From Candidatus Avispirillum sp. (lineage in GTDB: Bacteria; Bacillota; Clostridia; Oscillospirales; CAG-272): a stretch of 41,797 nt of DNA. Below the pieces are notes generated by a model. It saw only the letters and a list, made by a program, of their open reading frames with translations, was not told the DNA's origin and did no database searches. Where the stretch lies: assembly GCA_045638055.1 (NCBI GenBank), contig JAZUAR010000070.1, forward strand, positions 1 through 41,797. The letters are read 5' to 3'. The first letter of the stretch is position 1. Every line of letters begins with the position of its first letter. The translations under genes were made by a program, and so were the position numbers. Shown in pieces: positions 26,652 through 35,081 of the stretch.

Positions 26652-27182
26652 ATGACAACATCTATTCTCTTCTCCGGCTTCGGCGGACAGGGTATCCTCT
26701 TCTCCGGTAAGGCTATGGCAAAGAGCGCAATGTACGAAGGCAAGCAGGTTTCCTGGCTTCCCTCCTACGGCCCCGAAATGAGAGGCGGCGCAGCAAACTG
26801 CTCCGTTATCATCTCCGATGAGGAGATCGGTGCACCCACAATCACATCTCCTGACGTTCTTGTTGCAATGAACCTTCCCTCCTACGATAAGTTCGAGCCT
26901 ACTGTAAAGGCAGGCGGTCTTATGATCGTAGACTCCTCTCTTGTTGCAAAGAAGAGCGAGCGCGAGGACATCAAGGTTTGCTACATTCCCGCAACAGCAA
27001 TCGCTTCTGAAAACGGAATCGAGGGTATGGCAAACGTTATCGTTCTCGGCCAGATCCTCAAGCTCACAGGAATGTTCGAGTATGACACATTCCTCTCCTA
27101 TATCCTCAAGGGTATTCCCGAGACAAAGGCAGCTCTTATCGAAAAGAACAAGAAGGCCCTCAAGCTCGGCTACGAATTCTGA
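26652..27182 (+). CDS. 2-oxoacid:ferredoxin oxidoreductase gamma subunit
   Basis: A 176-aa protein reading ILFSGFGGQGILFSGKAMAKSAM...SYGPEMRGGAANCSVIIS, the canonical gamma-subunit motif. Its ATG lies 1 nt after the beta subunit stop. Confidence 0.9.
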   Translation: MTTSILFSGFGGQGILFSGKAMAKSAMYEGKQVSWLPSYGPEMRGGAANCSVIISDEEIGAPTITSPDVLVAMNLPSYDKFEPTVKAGGLMIVDSSLVAKKSEREDIKVCYIPATAIASENGIEGMANVIVLGQILKLTGMFEYDTFLSYILKGIPETKAALIEKNKKALKLGYEF

Positions 27183-27183
27183 T

Positions 27184-27217
27184 AAAAAAACGCAACGGCA
27201 ATGCCGTTGCGTTTTTT
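27184..27217. terminator. Bidirectional rho-independent terminator shared by the convergent oxidoreductase operon and the lipoprotein genes
   Basis: The structure is aaaaaaa-cgcaacggc-aat-gccgttgcg-tttttt. The 9-bp GC-rich stem is perfect, with an A-run on one side and a T-run on the other. It sits exactly between the two stop codons at 27182 and 27219. Confidence 0.85.
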
Positions 27218-27218
27218 A

Positions 27219-28061
27219 TTATTTAAATTCTTCCAATTCCGAAAGGGGGATCTCTACTGTCTGATAATCACCGACCGCATGGGGCACGGAGTAGATAAAG
27301 CCAACAGAATCCTCAGTTATATAGAAATTAACTGAGCTTTCATCCTCAATACCCGAAATGAAGCTATCCTTTGTGCAGAGCATATCCTCAACGGAAAGGC
27401 CGTAACCTCCGTATTTTCGGTCTATCTCATCCTGTGCGTGCTTTGCAAAAACATCGTAAAGCTCATCACTGATATTATACATATCCTTGAAACATAATCT
27501 CTCTGCCTCAGAATTGAGATTTACAGAGAAGCACATATTTGTGGGATACGCCGCAGTTTTATAATTGTACGTTCCCGTGTAAACAACACTCAAAAGATCG
27601 TTTTCATTATAGGTTGTCTTTCCCTCAAGCTCTACAAGATATTCGGTATATTCCCCGTTATCTATTCTTGTCTGAATCTCATCGCCGAGTTCAGGCTCAC
27701 TGGTCAGCTCATATTCCTCCAGGGGATAATAAACAAAGGAAAGCTGAGATTTAATATGGTTATTTATTGCGTTCGTTATCTTAACGGAATTTGCAGTTTT
27801 GACAGATGAAGTCTTGATGCAGACAATATTTTTCTCAGAAGCATCGATGAGATAATAAGGCTCAACTATAACGTCAATAATCGTAGCTCCTATATCTTCT
27901 GTATCCTCCACCTCGGTTGTTTCATCGGGGGCAAAAGTGGTTTCATCTAAAGTAGTAGTTTCTGCCGTATCGGTGGTATCGGGTACGATCTCGCTGTCAC
28001 CGCCGCAGGAAACGAGCATAAGCATACTCAAAACAAGCAATAATGTGATAAGCTTTTTCAT
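27219..28061 (-). CDS. Putative lipoprotein with a Thr/Asp/Glu-rich linker and a DUF3298/RsiV-like C-terminal region (resemblance only)
   Basis: MKKLITLLLVLSMLMLVSCGG is a lipobox signal peptide. The ATG at 28061 follows GGAGG by 5 nt. The linker reads DTTDTAETTTLDETTFAPDETTEVEDTED. The track's GTG at 28103 is rejected. Confidence 0.7.
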   Translation of the reverse strand: MKKLITLLLVLSMLMLVSCGGDSEIVPDTTDTAETTTLDETTFAPDETTEVEDTEDIGATIIDVIVEPYYLIDASEKNIVCIKTSSVKTANSVKITNAINNHIKSQLSFVYYPLEEYELTSEPELGDEIQTRIDNGEYTEYLVELEGKTTYNENDLLSVVYTGTYNYKTAAYPTNMCFSVNLNSEAERLCFKDMYNISDELYDVFAKHAQDEIDRKYGGYGLSVEDMLCTKDSFISGIEDESSVNFYITEDSVGFIYSVPHAVGDYQTVEIPLSELEEFK

Positions 28062-28075
28062 AAGCCCCTCCGCAA
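28006..28075 (-). repeat. Copy 1 of a duplicated ~70-nt RBS plus lipoprotein signal-peptide module
   Basis: About 60 of 70 nt are identical to 29031..29100 by my hand alignment, including a 23-nt perfect run (caggaaacgagcataagcatact). The flanking mature-protein coding sequence does not align. Confidence 0.8.
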
Positions 28076-28099
28076 AATTAGTTTTTAATACAATAAAAA

Positions 28100-29086
28100 T
28101 CACTCAGCTAACGAATAATATTTGCCATCAATTACTTTTTCCATACTTGGAAAAGGATTTTCTTCTATGAGTTCATCGTATTTTTCTTTCGTTATATACT
28201 CCATATTTCCATCGTAAATATAGCAAAACGAAGCTAAATCATTAATATAATCATAATCCGACCAAAATTTCTTAATAATAATAAGATTACCCTTGCCATC
28301 AAGCGTTCTGAATTCATAGTAATTATTTGCTGCTCCACCAGATCCTAGAGTGTAAATTACACCGTCATCTAAAATACAACATTTGTATCTGGACCAAAAG
28401 ACATCCAGCAATCGAGCTTCACCGTCTACTATCGTAAATATAGCAAAAATTATATTACAATCACTACTTACCCAAAAAAGCTCCGGTGTACCGTCTAAAT
28501 TGATATCATTGAGAACATAACCATAGGACGACAATGTAATATTATCACCATACGGTATCATTTCAGCAAACATACTACCGAAATAGCCTTGAATGTCTGC
28601 ATTATAATATTTATCGTAGTCACCGTCCCCTACTTCATCCCATACGAGTCGAAAAATATCCGTTAGCCTATACTCTACGATATCTTTATAATCTTTAATA
28701 ACTTCGATATATGCGTTAGGGATCGTTGTATCAGGAAGATTTTCATCTGTAGTTGTTATAGGCAATTCTTGCGTTACTGTTGTATCAATAGACGATGTAT
28801 TATTTACAAATGTTGTTTCATCAGCTACAGTTGTATCTTCAGCTGTAAGTGTATCAACAACTTTAGTTGTCTCATCAGCAATTGTAGTAGTATCCACAGA
28901 AGTATCTACATCAAGTAAAGTTTCATATGTAGTGGTTTCATTCGTTGTTTCAGCTAAGCTTTCGACCATGTCTGTATCTTCGAAAGTTTCATTCAAATTA
29001 GAACTCTCAGCAGGTGCATTATTTGAATTACAGGAAACGAGCATAAGCATACTTAAAACAAGCAGTATTGTAATTAACCTTTTCAT
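28100..29086 (-). CDS. Putative lipoprotein of unknown function; long Thr/Glu/Asp-rich linker; AT-rich gene
   Basis: MKRLITILLVLSMLMLVSCNS is a lipobox signal peptide. The ATG at 29086 follows GGAGG by 5 nt. The linker reads ETTNETTTYETLLDVDTSVDTTTIADETTKVVDTLTAEDTTVADETT. The C-terminal domain contains NDINLDGTPELFW (FG-GAP/VCBS-like flavour). Confidence 0.7.
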   Translation of the reverse strand: MKRLITILLVLSMLMLVSCNSNNAPAESSNLNETFEDTDMVESLAETTNETTTYETLLDVDTSVDTTTIADETTKVVDTLTAEDTTVADETTFVNNTSSIDTTVTQELPITTTDENLPDTTIPNAYIEVIKDYKDIVEYRLTDIFRLVWDEVGDGDYDKYYNADIQGYFGSMFAEMIPYGDNITLSSYGYVLNDINLDGTPELFWVSSDCNIIFAIFTIVDGEARLLDVFWSRYKCCILDDGVIYTLGSGGAANNYYEFRTLDGKGNLIIIKKFWSDYDYINDLASFCYIYDGNMEYITKEKYDELIEENPFPSMEKVIDGKYYSLAE

Positions 29087-29100
29087 AAGCACCTCCGTAA
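29031..29100 (-). repeat. Copy 2 of the duplicated RBS plus lipoprotein signal-peptide module
   Basis: See 28006..28075. The two copies are offset by 1025 nt. Confidence 0.8.
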
Positions 29101-29116
29101 GTATTTCTGTAATTTT

Positions 29117-29145
29117 AGAATAGCATAATATTTGACCTATGTAAA
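29117..29145 (-). promoter_or_regulatory. Candidate promoter of the lipoprotein pair
   Basis: The minus strand reads TTTACA-17 nt-TATTCT with a TGn extended -10 (aTGcTATTCT). It lies about 30 nt upstream of the ATG at 29086. No comparable element precedes the second lipoprotein gene. Confidence 0.5.
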
Positions 29146-29180
29146 GAAAAAACTCTCCAAAAGGAGAGTTTTTCTTTGTT
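29146..29180. terminator. Rho-independent terminator ending the nine-gene catabolic operon
   Basis: The stem is aactctcc (29151-29158) paired with ggagagtt (29163-29170), with loop aaaa. It is flanked by an A-run and a T-rich run and begins 12 nt after the stop at 29183. Confidence 0.7.
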
Positions 29181-29182
29181 TT

Positions 29183-30148
29183 TTATTCAGCTTCGATTTC
29201 GGAAAGGAGCACTACTCTGCCGCCCTCTTCGCGGCTACGGAGTCCTGCAACTACCATCTTCATAAGCTCAACAGTTTCCTCGAAGGGGAAAGGCTCTTTT
29301 CCTGTACGAAGCCAATCAACAAACTTTACAAGCTGTGTCTTGAAGTCGTGATAAGAATCGAGAGAATTGAGGTATACGCTTCCCGCGCTTCCGATAAGGA
29401 GAAGTCCGGCTCCTGCCATTCCGATACCCTGAGGAATATCGATACGGCATCCGTTTTCGTGGACGATATGAACGTGGGTGCGCTCAAATGTACCTGTATT
29501 CTGCACTGAAACGAATCCGGGCCCGAGGATGGGATACATCTGCTCGAGAGCATGGATTCCGTACGTTTCCCACTTCTTTGCCATGGGAGAGCAGATATAC
29601 ATCATCTTACCAAGCTCATATGTTGAGCGGTGATAAGGCACGTATTCTTTTGCAAAGCGAAGGCTTGAGCTTGTTATAAACTGCTTGCCCTCTTTTCTCC
29701 ACTTAACAAAGGTCTTGAGATCCTCCTCCTTGTTTACGAGGGGCTTATCGATAAACATGGGAAGTCCTGCATCAAGGAAGGGCTTGCAGCGCTCGATATG
29801 CTCATCACCAACGTCAGTTGCGCAGATAACTGCATCTACCTGACCGAGCATTTCAAGGGGATCATCTACTACGTTAGGAATGTTTGAAGCCTTCGCCATA
29901 TGTTCTGCCATCTCGCGGGTTGCATAGCCTGTACAGCAGATATGAGTGATCTTAGCACCGGGAATACCGAAGGTTTCGGGAGGCTGCTTAGAAAGATACT
30001 GGGGGATTACGGGAAAGGGACAATCCTTCATATAATCCCAGTTATATCCGTTAAAGATAGCGCTCCAGGAATAGGGGTGACCGTTACCCTCAGTCATACC
30101 GAGGATACCGATTCTTATTTCTTTATCACCAAGAGGAAAATTTGACAT
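29183..30148 (-). CDS. Gfo/Idh/MocA-family NAD(P)-dependent oxidoreductase
   Basis: The N-terminal Rossmann region reads IRIGILGMTEGNGHPYSW, and the central motif FIDKPL is typical of the family. The ATG at 30148 follows GGAG by 6 nt. The track's TTG at 30160 is rejected. Confidence 0.75.
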   Translation of the reverse strand: MSNFPLGDKEIRIGILGMTEGNGHPYSWSAIFNGYNWDYMKDCPFPVIPQYLSKQPPETFGIPGAKITHICCTGYATREMAEHMAKASNIPNVVDDPLEMLGQVDAVICATDVGDEHIERCKPFLDAGLPMFIDKPLVNKEEDLKTFVKWRKEGKQFITSSSLRFAKEYVPYHRSTYELGKMMYICSPMAKKWETYGIHALEQMYPILGPGFVSVQNTGTFERTHVHIVHENGCRIDIPQGIGMAGAGLLLIGSAGSVYLNSLDSYHDFKTQLVKFVDWLRTGKEPFPFEETVELMKMVVAGLRSREEGGRVVLLSEIEAE

Positions 30149-30162
30149 AATATTCTCCAATC

Positions 30163-31098
30163 TTATTTGGGACGTGAAAGCACCTTCATGATTTCGGGTA
30201 TATTCACGTCTGCAAATGTTGTCTTAAGTATGCTGACAGTTTCCTCGCTGAGAGGATGGGCATCGAAGCATCGGATATTTGCACGAACCTGCTCTGCGTT
30301 ATCAGAGCCAAGAACAAGGCTTGTAACTCCGGGATAATCTCGCAGAAAAGCAATTGCAAGTTCAACAATGCTCATTCCCTCTTTTTCGGAAATCTCACGG
30401 ATCTTTTTGATTCCGGGGAGTGCATGACGAATGAGGATCTCATCAGTTATCTTTTCAGGGTCAAGGAAGAAAAGTCCCTGCAAAAATACGCTTCTTACAA
30501 AAGTAGTATATCCTCTGTCTGCAAGCTTTTCAATGTAACCGCCGTTAATAAGACGCTGATCGAAAATGCTCATAGGCACCTGAGTTGAGGTATACTCCTC
30601 ATAGGTAAGCATCTTATCGATCTCCTTTGCATCGTATACGGATGCACCGACCATATCGCAATATCCTCTTTTAACGAGGCTACCCATGATCTTTGCAGTT
30701 TCATCGCCGTATCTGAAAAGGCTGACTCCGTTATGGAGCATGATATTCTCAACCTTTTTAAGCCCAAGAGCTTCAAGGGAGGTCTCAACGCTTTCAATAA
30801 TATGCTTTTCAAGAAGGGATACGTCCGCCTCGGGAAAAGGAGGAACCTTTGTTGAAATAAAGGGTATGTTTTCGGGATTCTCTTTAAAGTAGCGACCGAT
30901 TATATCCTCGGAGTCCCCGTATGCGCGGGCAGTATCAACACTTGTAACACCGCCGTCAAGGGCTGCCTTGATCATTTCAAAGCTCTGCTCTTCGGGAGGC
31001 TTGCCAACATCATTGGCAATACCGTAGTGAAGTCCGAACTGAACAGTTCCAAGGGACATTTTAGATATGCTCTTACCTGCAACTGTTGTGTTTTTCAT
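30163..31098 (-). CDS. Aldo/keto reductase
   Basis: A 311-aa protein with LGTVQFGLHYG, DTARAYGDSE and AKR-type C-terminal motifs. Its start shares one nucleotide with the aldolase stop (TAATG). Confidence 0.85.
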   Translation of the reverse strand: MKNTTVAGKSISKMSLGTVQFGLHYGIANDVGKPPEEQSFEMIKAALDGGVTSVDTARAYGDSEDIIGRYFKENPENIPFISTKVPPFPEADVSLLEKHIIESVETSLEALGLKKVENIMLHNGVSLFRYGDETAKIMGSLVKRGYCDMVGASVYDAKEIDKMLTYEEYTSTQVPMSIFDQRLINGGYIEKLADRGYTTFVRSVFLQGLFFLDPEKITDEILIRHALPGIKKIREISEKEGMSIVELAIAFLRDYPGVTSLVLGSDNAEQVRANIRCFDAHPLSEETVSILKTTFADVNIPEIMKVLSRPK

Positions 31099-31883
31099 TA
31101 TTTTATATCCTTCCCGCTGATCTTATCGGAAATGTTAAGATAATAATCCCAAAGACCGACAACGTCAGCACCAACGGAAATGAATGTATAGCCCATATCA
31201 ACCAGCTCGTCGAAATTGCCTGTACCGCCAACGGTACCTGCCCACTTTCCGTGACGGCGGGCGCACTCTGCAACCTTTTTCTTGGTTTCGAGAACCTCGG
31301 GGTCATCGCAGATATAAGGCTTTCCGATACCCTGGCTGAAGTCTGCGGGACCGAAGAAGATCATATCGATACCGGGGAGAGCGCATATTTCCTCGAGCTC
31401 TGCGAGAGGCTCGGGATCCTCGATCTGCACGATAACGAATCTTTCCTCGTTTGCAGTTTTGATATACTCCTGCTCATCAACGAGACAATACATACCGTCA
31501 GCATTTCCGCCGTCGATAGGTCTTCTGCCAACGGGATGGAACTTAGTATAGTAAACGATCTGCTTTGCCTCCTCAAGGCTCATAAGGTGAGGCACCATAA
31601 TGCCTGCGCAGTCAGCCTCAAGAGGACGGATAAGATCGTTATAGCCGCCCTTTGCAACTCTGCAAAGAACGTCAACGTCAAAGTTTTTTGCAGCGCGAAC
31701 GGAGTTTTCAATGAAAGCATAGTCATTGGGAATATGCTCCATATCTACCCAGATACAGTCAAATCCGCACATTGCGGCGATCTCTGCGTTTCTCAGATCT
31801 GAAAGATTTATCTTTGTGCAGGTTGCAACCTTGCCTTCTCTCATTTTTCTGAGAACTCTGCTGTTTCTCATATGGAATTCCAT
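31098..31883 (-). CDS. HpcH/HpaI-family class II aldolase (2-keto-3-deoxy-acid aldolase type)
   Basis: A 261-aa protein with CGFDCIWVDMEH, VRVA-like RVAKG, IMVPH, VQIE and FFGPADFS motifs, as in HpaI/YfaU/GarL aldolases. An AGAGG RBS sits 7 nt before the ATG at 31883. Confidence 0.8.
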   Translation of the reverse strand: MEFHMRNSRVLRKMREGKVATCTKINLSDLRNAEIAAMCGFDCIWVDMEHIPNDYAFIENSVRAAKNFDVDVLCRVAKGGYNDLIRPLEADCAGIMVPHLMSLEEAKQIVYYTKFHPVGRRPIDGGNADGMYCLVDEQEYIKTANEERFVIVQIEDPEPLAELEEICALPGIDMIFFGPADFSQGIGKPYICDDPEVLETKKKVAECARRHGKWAGTVGGTGNFDELVDMGYTFISVGADVVGLWDYYLNISDKISGKDIK

Positions 31884-31898
31884 ATAGCTACCTCTTTT

Positions 31899-32696
31899 TT
31901 ATCTTGCGGTGTAACCACCGTCAATATTAAGGGACATACCTGTTATATAGGAAGATGCATCGGAAGCGAAGAATACGAGCGCTCCCTGAATATCATTCTC
32001 ATCAGCCATTCTGCCGAGATAGTTCATCTTTGCGTATCTTTCAAGGAAGCCCTCAGGCTGATTATTGAAAAGACCGCCAAGGTTAAGACAGTTAACGCGA
32101 ACTCCTGCCTTACCGTATCTGCCTGCCATAAAGCGGGTGAGGTTTATCATACCGCCCTTATGGAAGAAATAATCGGGAGCATCAATTGCATCCATCCAAG
32201 GCTCAGCCTCATAAAGATAGGGGTTTGTTCCGCAAAGACCCATGTATGAGCCGATATTGATGATGCTTCCGCCACCGTTCTGCTCCATGTGGTTACCGAA
32301 GGCTCTTGTAATTGCGAAAAGTCCTGTTGCATTTACCGCCATTGACTTTGCAAAATCTTCAACGGGACCCTCGTAATCGTGCATGGGACGGAGAACGGAA
32401 TTGTTTACAAGAATATCAAGCTTTCCGTCGCGCTCGATCATTCGACTGAGAAGAGCCTTGATGCTTTCCTCGCTTTCCTGATCGTAGCTGTCGGCATAGA
32501 CCTTATCATAGCCCATCTCGTTAAGCTTATCGGTAAACTCCTTGCACTTTTCAAGGCCGCGGGATGCACAGCAAACGGTAGCGCCTGCATCAGCAAGAGC
32601 GATGACCATCTGCTTTCCATAGTAGCCTGAGCCGCCTGTTACGAGAGCAACCTTACCGTCAAGACGGAATCTGTCAATAATATTAGCTTTTTTCAT
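31899..32696 (-). CDS. Short-chain dehydrogenase/reductase (SDR)
   Basis: It has GKVALVTGGSGYYGKQ (a TGxxxGxG-like motif), NNSV (NNAG-like) and a classical SDR length of 265 aa. A GGAGG RBS is present. Confidence 0.85.
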   Translation of the reverse strand: MKKANIIDRFRLDGKVALVTGGSGYYGKQMVIALADAGATVCCASRGLEKCKEFTDKLNEMGYDKVYADSYDQESEESIKALLSRMIERDGKLDILVNNSVLRPMHDYEGPVEDFAKSMAVNATGLFAITRAFGNHMEQNGGGSIINIGSYMGLCGTNPYLYEAEPWMDAIDAPDYFFHKGGMINLTRFMAGRYGKAGVRVNCLNLGGLFNNQPEGFLERYAKMNYLGRMADENDIQGALVFFASDASSYITGMSLNIDGGYTAR

Positions 32697-32705
32697 AAGT
32701 CCTCC

Positions 32706-33974
32706 TCAGAAAAGCGCCTTGATGGCATCGGTGATGATCGCGCCTGCTTCTCTTGTAAATATTGATGTGCCAACCTCATATCCGCCCTCGTCATAAGCCT
32801 CGGGGGTGAAGATATAGCCGGGGAGCGCACCGTTTGTGACCTCAAATACGAAGGTCTTTTCAGCGGGGGATGCCGCCTTAAGTTCAAGACCGAACTCAAC
32901 GAAGATCTCGCCCTGCATACCGCAGATCATAGTATCGCCGAGCTTAAGTGTCATAACCTCACAAGGAAGCTCCTCATCGGAGATCTTGCCTGTCTTTGCA
33001 AAAAGATCGGAATAGTAGAACTCGTTTTCACGACCGAACATATCAAGCTCAGCATTTCTCTTTGCGATATAATCGTCATCGGGCATTTCAGCAAAGCGCT
33101 TTCTTGCAGCGATCATATCTGCCTCTGCCTTTTCAAGGGGAGGATACGTTCTGATGGGAAGCTCTACCTCTGCATTCTTGAATACGATATCAATATCATC
33201 GGTAAATTCCATCTTATTGATGGTATGGTAGATCTCAACACCGAGAGTTGTGCCGACACGTGCAGCCTCCTCGAAGTCCTGACCTACTCTGTGATAACGG
33301 GAGGACTGATTTCCGCTTGTTCCCTGAGCAAACATAAATACTGCATCGGGGAAAGCGAAGTTAAGATATCTGCGGATATATGCGGGATAATCCGCTGTTA
33401 CCCACAGACTCTCCGCATGGAGGAACGTAGGATGGAGAGCATAGTTGAGAAGGATTCCTCGGATCTTATCATCCATATCCTTAACGCAGATAACGTTAAC
33501 GGAGTCATCCTGAACACCGTTCTTCACTCTGCGGTTTCCGCCAACACCCTGCTCTTTTCCGCAATGACCCACACCTGTTGCGATCTTTGCTTCAAAGGTG
33601 TTTTCGCGAGCCTCCTTAATACAGTCTTCAACTGCGGGAAGAAGGAATGCGATGTAGTCGGGATTGTTATCCAGACCCTCGGCAAGCTCGGAAGCAAGAG
33701 GCGTTGAGGACCAGGGGCCGGAATGAGTATGTGTTGTTGTGAACATTATATTTCCGCCCATCTTCTCGCGGATTGCCTTGCAATATTTCTTGCCGAAATA
33801 AAGAAGGTCAAAGGTGAGCATTGTAATGCTCTCGCTGCCGTTATCAAGATGTAGGGCTACACAATAAAGAGGGTCGTGAACACCGATATTGGGACGGGGA
33901 CAATGGGGATAGCCCGCCATTTCAACGCCCTTTACCGGTGATATATCTCTGATGGCAATTCCTGCCTTAAGCAT
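32706..33974 (-). CDS. Neutral/alkaline ceramidase-like amidohydrolase family protein; cytoplasmic (no signal peptide)
   Basis: The N-terminal pattern is AGIAIRDISPVKGVEMAGYPH...GVHDPLYCVALHL...LTFDLL...TTTHTHSGPW, which mirrors the conserved N-terminal domain of neutral ceramidase-family proteins (a Zn-ligand His cluster). Confidence 0.55.
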   Translation of the reverse strand: MLKAGIAIRDISPVKGVEMAGYPHCPRPNIGVHDPLYCVALHLDNGSESITMLTFDLLYFGKKYCKAIREKMGGNIMFTTTHTHSGPWSSTPLASELAEGLDNNPDYIAFLLPAVEDCIKEARENTFEAKIATGVGHCGKEQGVGGNRRVKNGVQDDSVNVICVKDMDDKIRGILLNYALHPTFLHAESLWVTADYPAYIRRYLNFAFPDAVFMFAQGTSGNQSSRYHRVGQDFEEAARVGTTLGVEIYHTINKMEFTDDIDIVFKNAEVELPIRTYPPLEKAEADMIAARKRFAEMPDDDYIAKRNAELDMFGRENEFYYSDLFAKTGKISDEELPCEVMTLKLGDTMICGMQGEIFVEFGLELKAASPAEKTFVFEVTNGALPGYIFTPEAYDEGGYEVGTSIFTREAGAIITDAIKALF

Positions 33975-33998
33975 AAAAATACACCTTCTTTAAGTTAA

Positions 33999-35078
33999 TT
34001 AGGCCTTATAGACCTGAATAATATCAAAATTAGAATCAAGCACTGCAATATCTGCGCGCTTACCGATTTCAAGGCTTCCTCTGTCGGAAAGTCCCATAAG
34101 GCGAGCGGCATTTGTTGAAGTGAACTTAACTGCATCTGTAAGTGAAAAGCCGTAATTCACAAAGTTTCTGAAAACCTTGTTCATTGTAAGCTTTGAGCCG
34201 GTCAGCTCGCCGTCTACAATGTTAACGTCGGTATCGTCATTACTGCCGGTACAAGCATCGGTAATACCAACAAGGTTATCGATGCCAACAGTCTTTGCAG
34301 CAAGTCTTACCATTTCGGGGCGAACGTGAATTCCCTTTTCATCACAGATTATCTCATAAGTAATACCGTCGCAAAGAAGACATGCTGCATTGAAATCAAC
34401 CTCAATGGTTCCGTCCCATCTTGTGGGAGAAATTGAAGCGCCTGTAGCATCAAAAAGATGAGTCACGTTCTTCACTCCGCCGTCAACCGCTTTCTCTACC
34501 TCTTCATAAGATGCAACACTGTGACCGATAGCAGGAACTATTCCCTTTTCCTTGAGTACCTTCAGAAGCTCATCAGTGCCTGCAACCTCGGGCGCAAAGC
34601 TTACGTGGACAACAGTATCGTCCTCAAAAAGCTTCATATAATCGGCAGGATCTGCAAAAACCTCGCCCTCCTGCACCATTGAGCCGTATTTCGGATTAAG
34701 ATAAGGGCCCTCAAGGTGAACACCGATAATATTGGGGCAAACCTCCATAGCCATTCTTATATCAGCTATTGCCTTAACTGTATCCTCTATTGTCATATCG
34801 CGGTAAAGGGTCTCGCACATGCTGGTAGTACCATGAAAAAGATGATGGTTTGCAACCGCAACAGGATGCTCATAGCACCAATATTCTCCGCCTGCGTGGC
34901 AATGAATATCGATAAATCCGGGAACGATAAGTGCGCCATTATAATCAATGCACTCACCGATCTCAGGAGCGTTTGCTCTTTCTCCGCAGTAAGCTATAAT
35001 ACCTTTTTCAACCGCCACGGCGCCGTCGGTGATAACTCTGTCACCGACAACGACCGTACCGTAAATCGTATAATTCAT
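33999..35078 (-). CDS. N-acetylglucosamine-6-phosphate deacetylase-like amidohydrolase (NagA family)
   Basis: It has PGFIDIHCHAGG (metal-binding HxH), HLEGPYLNP, AIGHS and HLFDA motifs in NagA order. Its length is 359 aa. Confidence 0.75.
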   Translation of the reverse strand: MNYTIYGTVVVGDRVITDGAVAVEKGIIAYCGERANAPEIGECIDYNGALIVPGFIDIHCHAGGEYWCYEHPVAVANHHLFHGTTSMCETLYRDMTIEDTVKAIADIRMAMEVCPNIIGVHLEGPYLNPKYGSMVQEGEVFADPADYMKLFEDDTVVHVSFAPEVAGTDELLKVLKEKGIVPAIGHSVASYEEVEKAVDGGVKNVTHLFDATGASISPTRWDGTIEVDFNAACLLCDGITYEIICDEKGIHVRPEMVRLAAKTVGIDNLVGITDACTGSNDDTDVNIVDGELTGSKLTMNKVFRNFVNYGFSLTDAVKFTSTNAARLMGLSDRGSLEIGKRADIAVLDSNFDIIQVYKA

Positions 35079-35081
35079 AAA

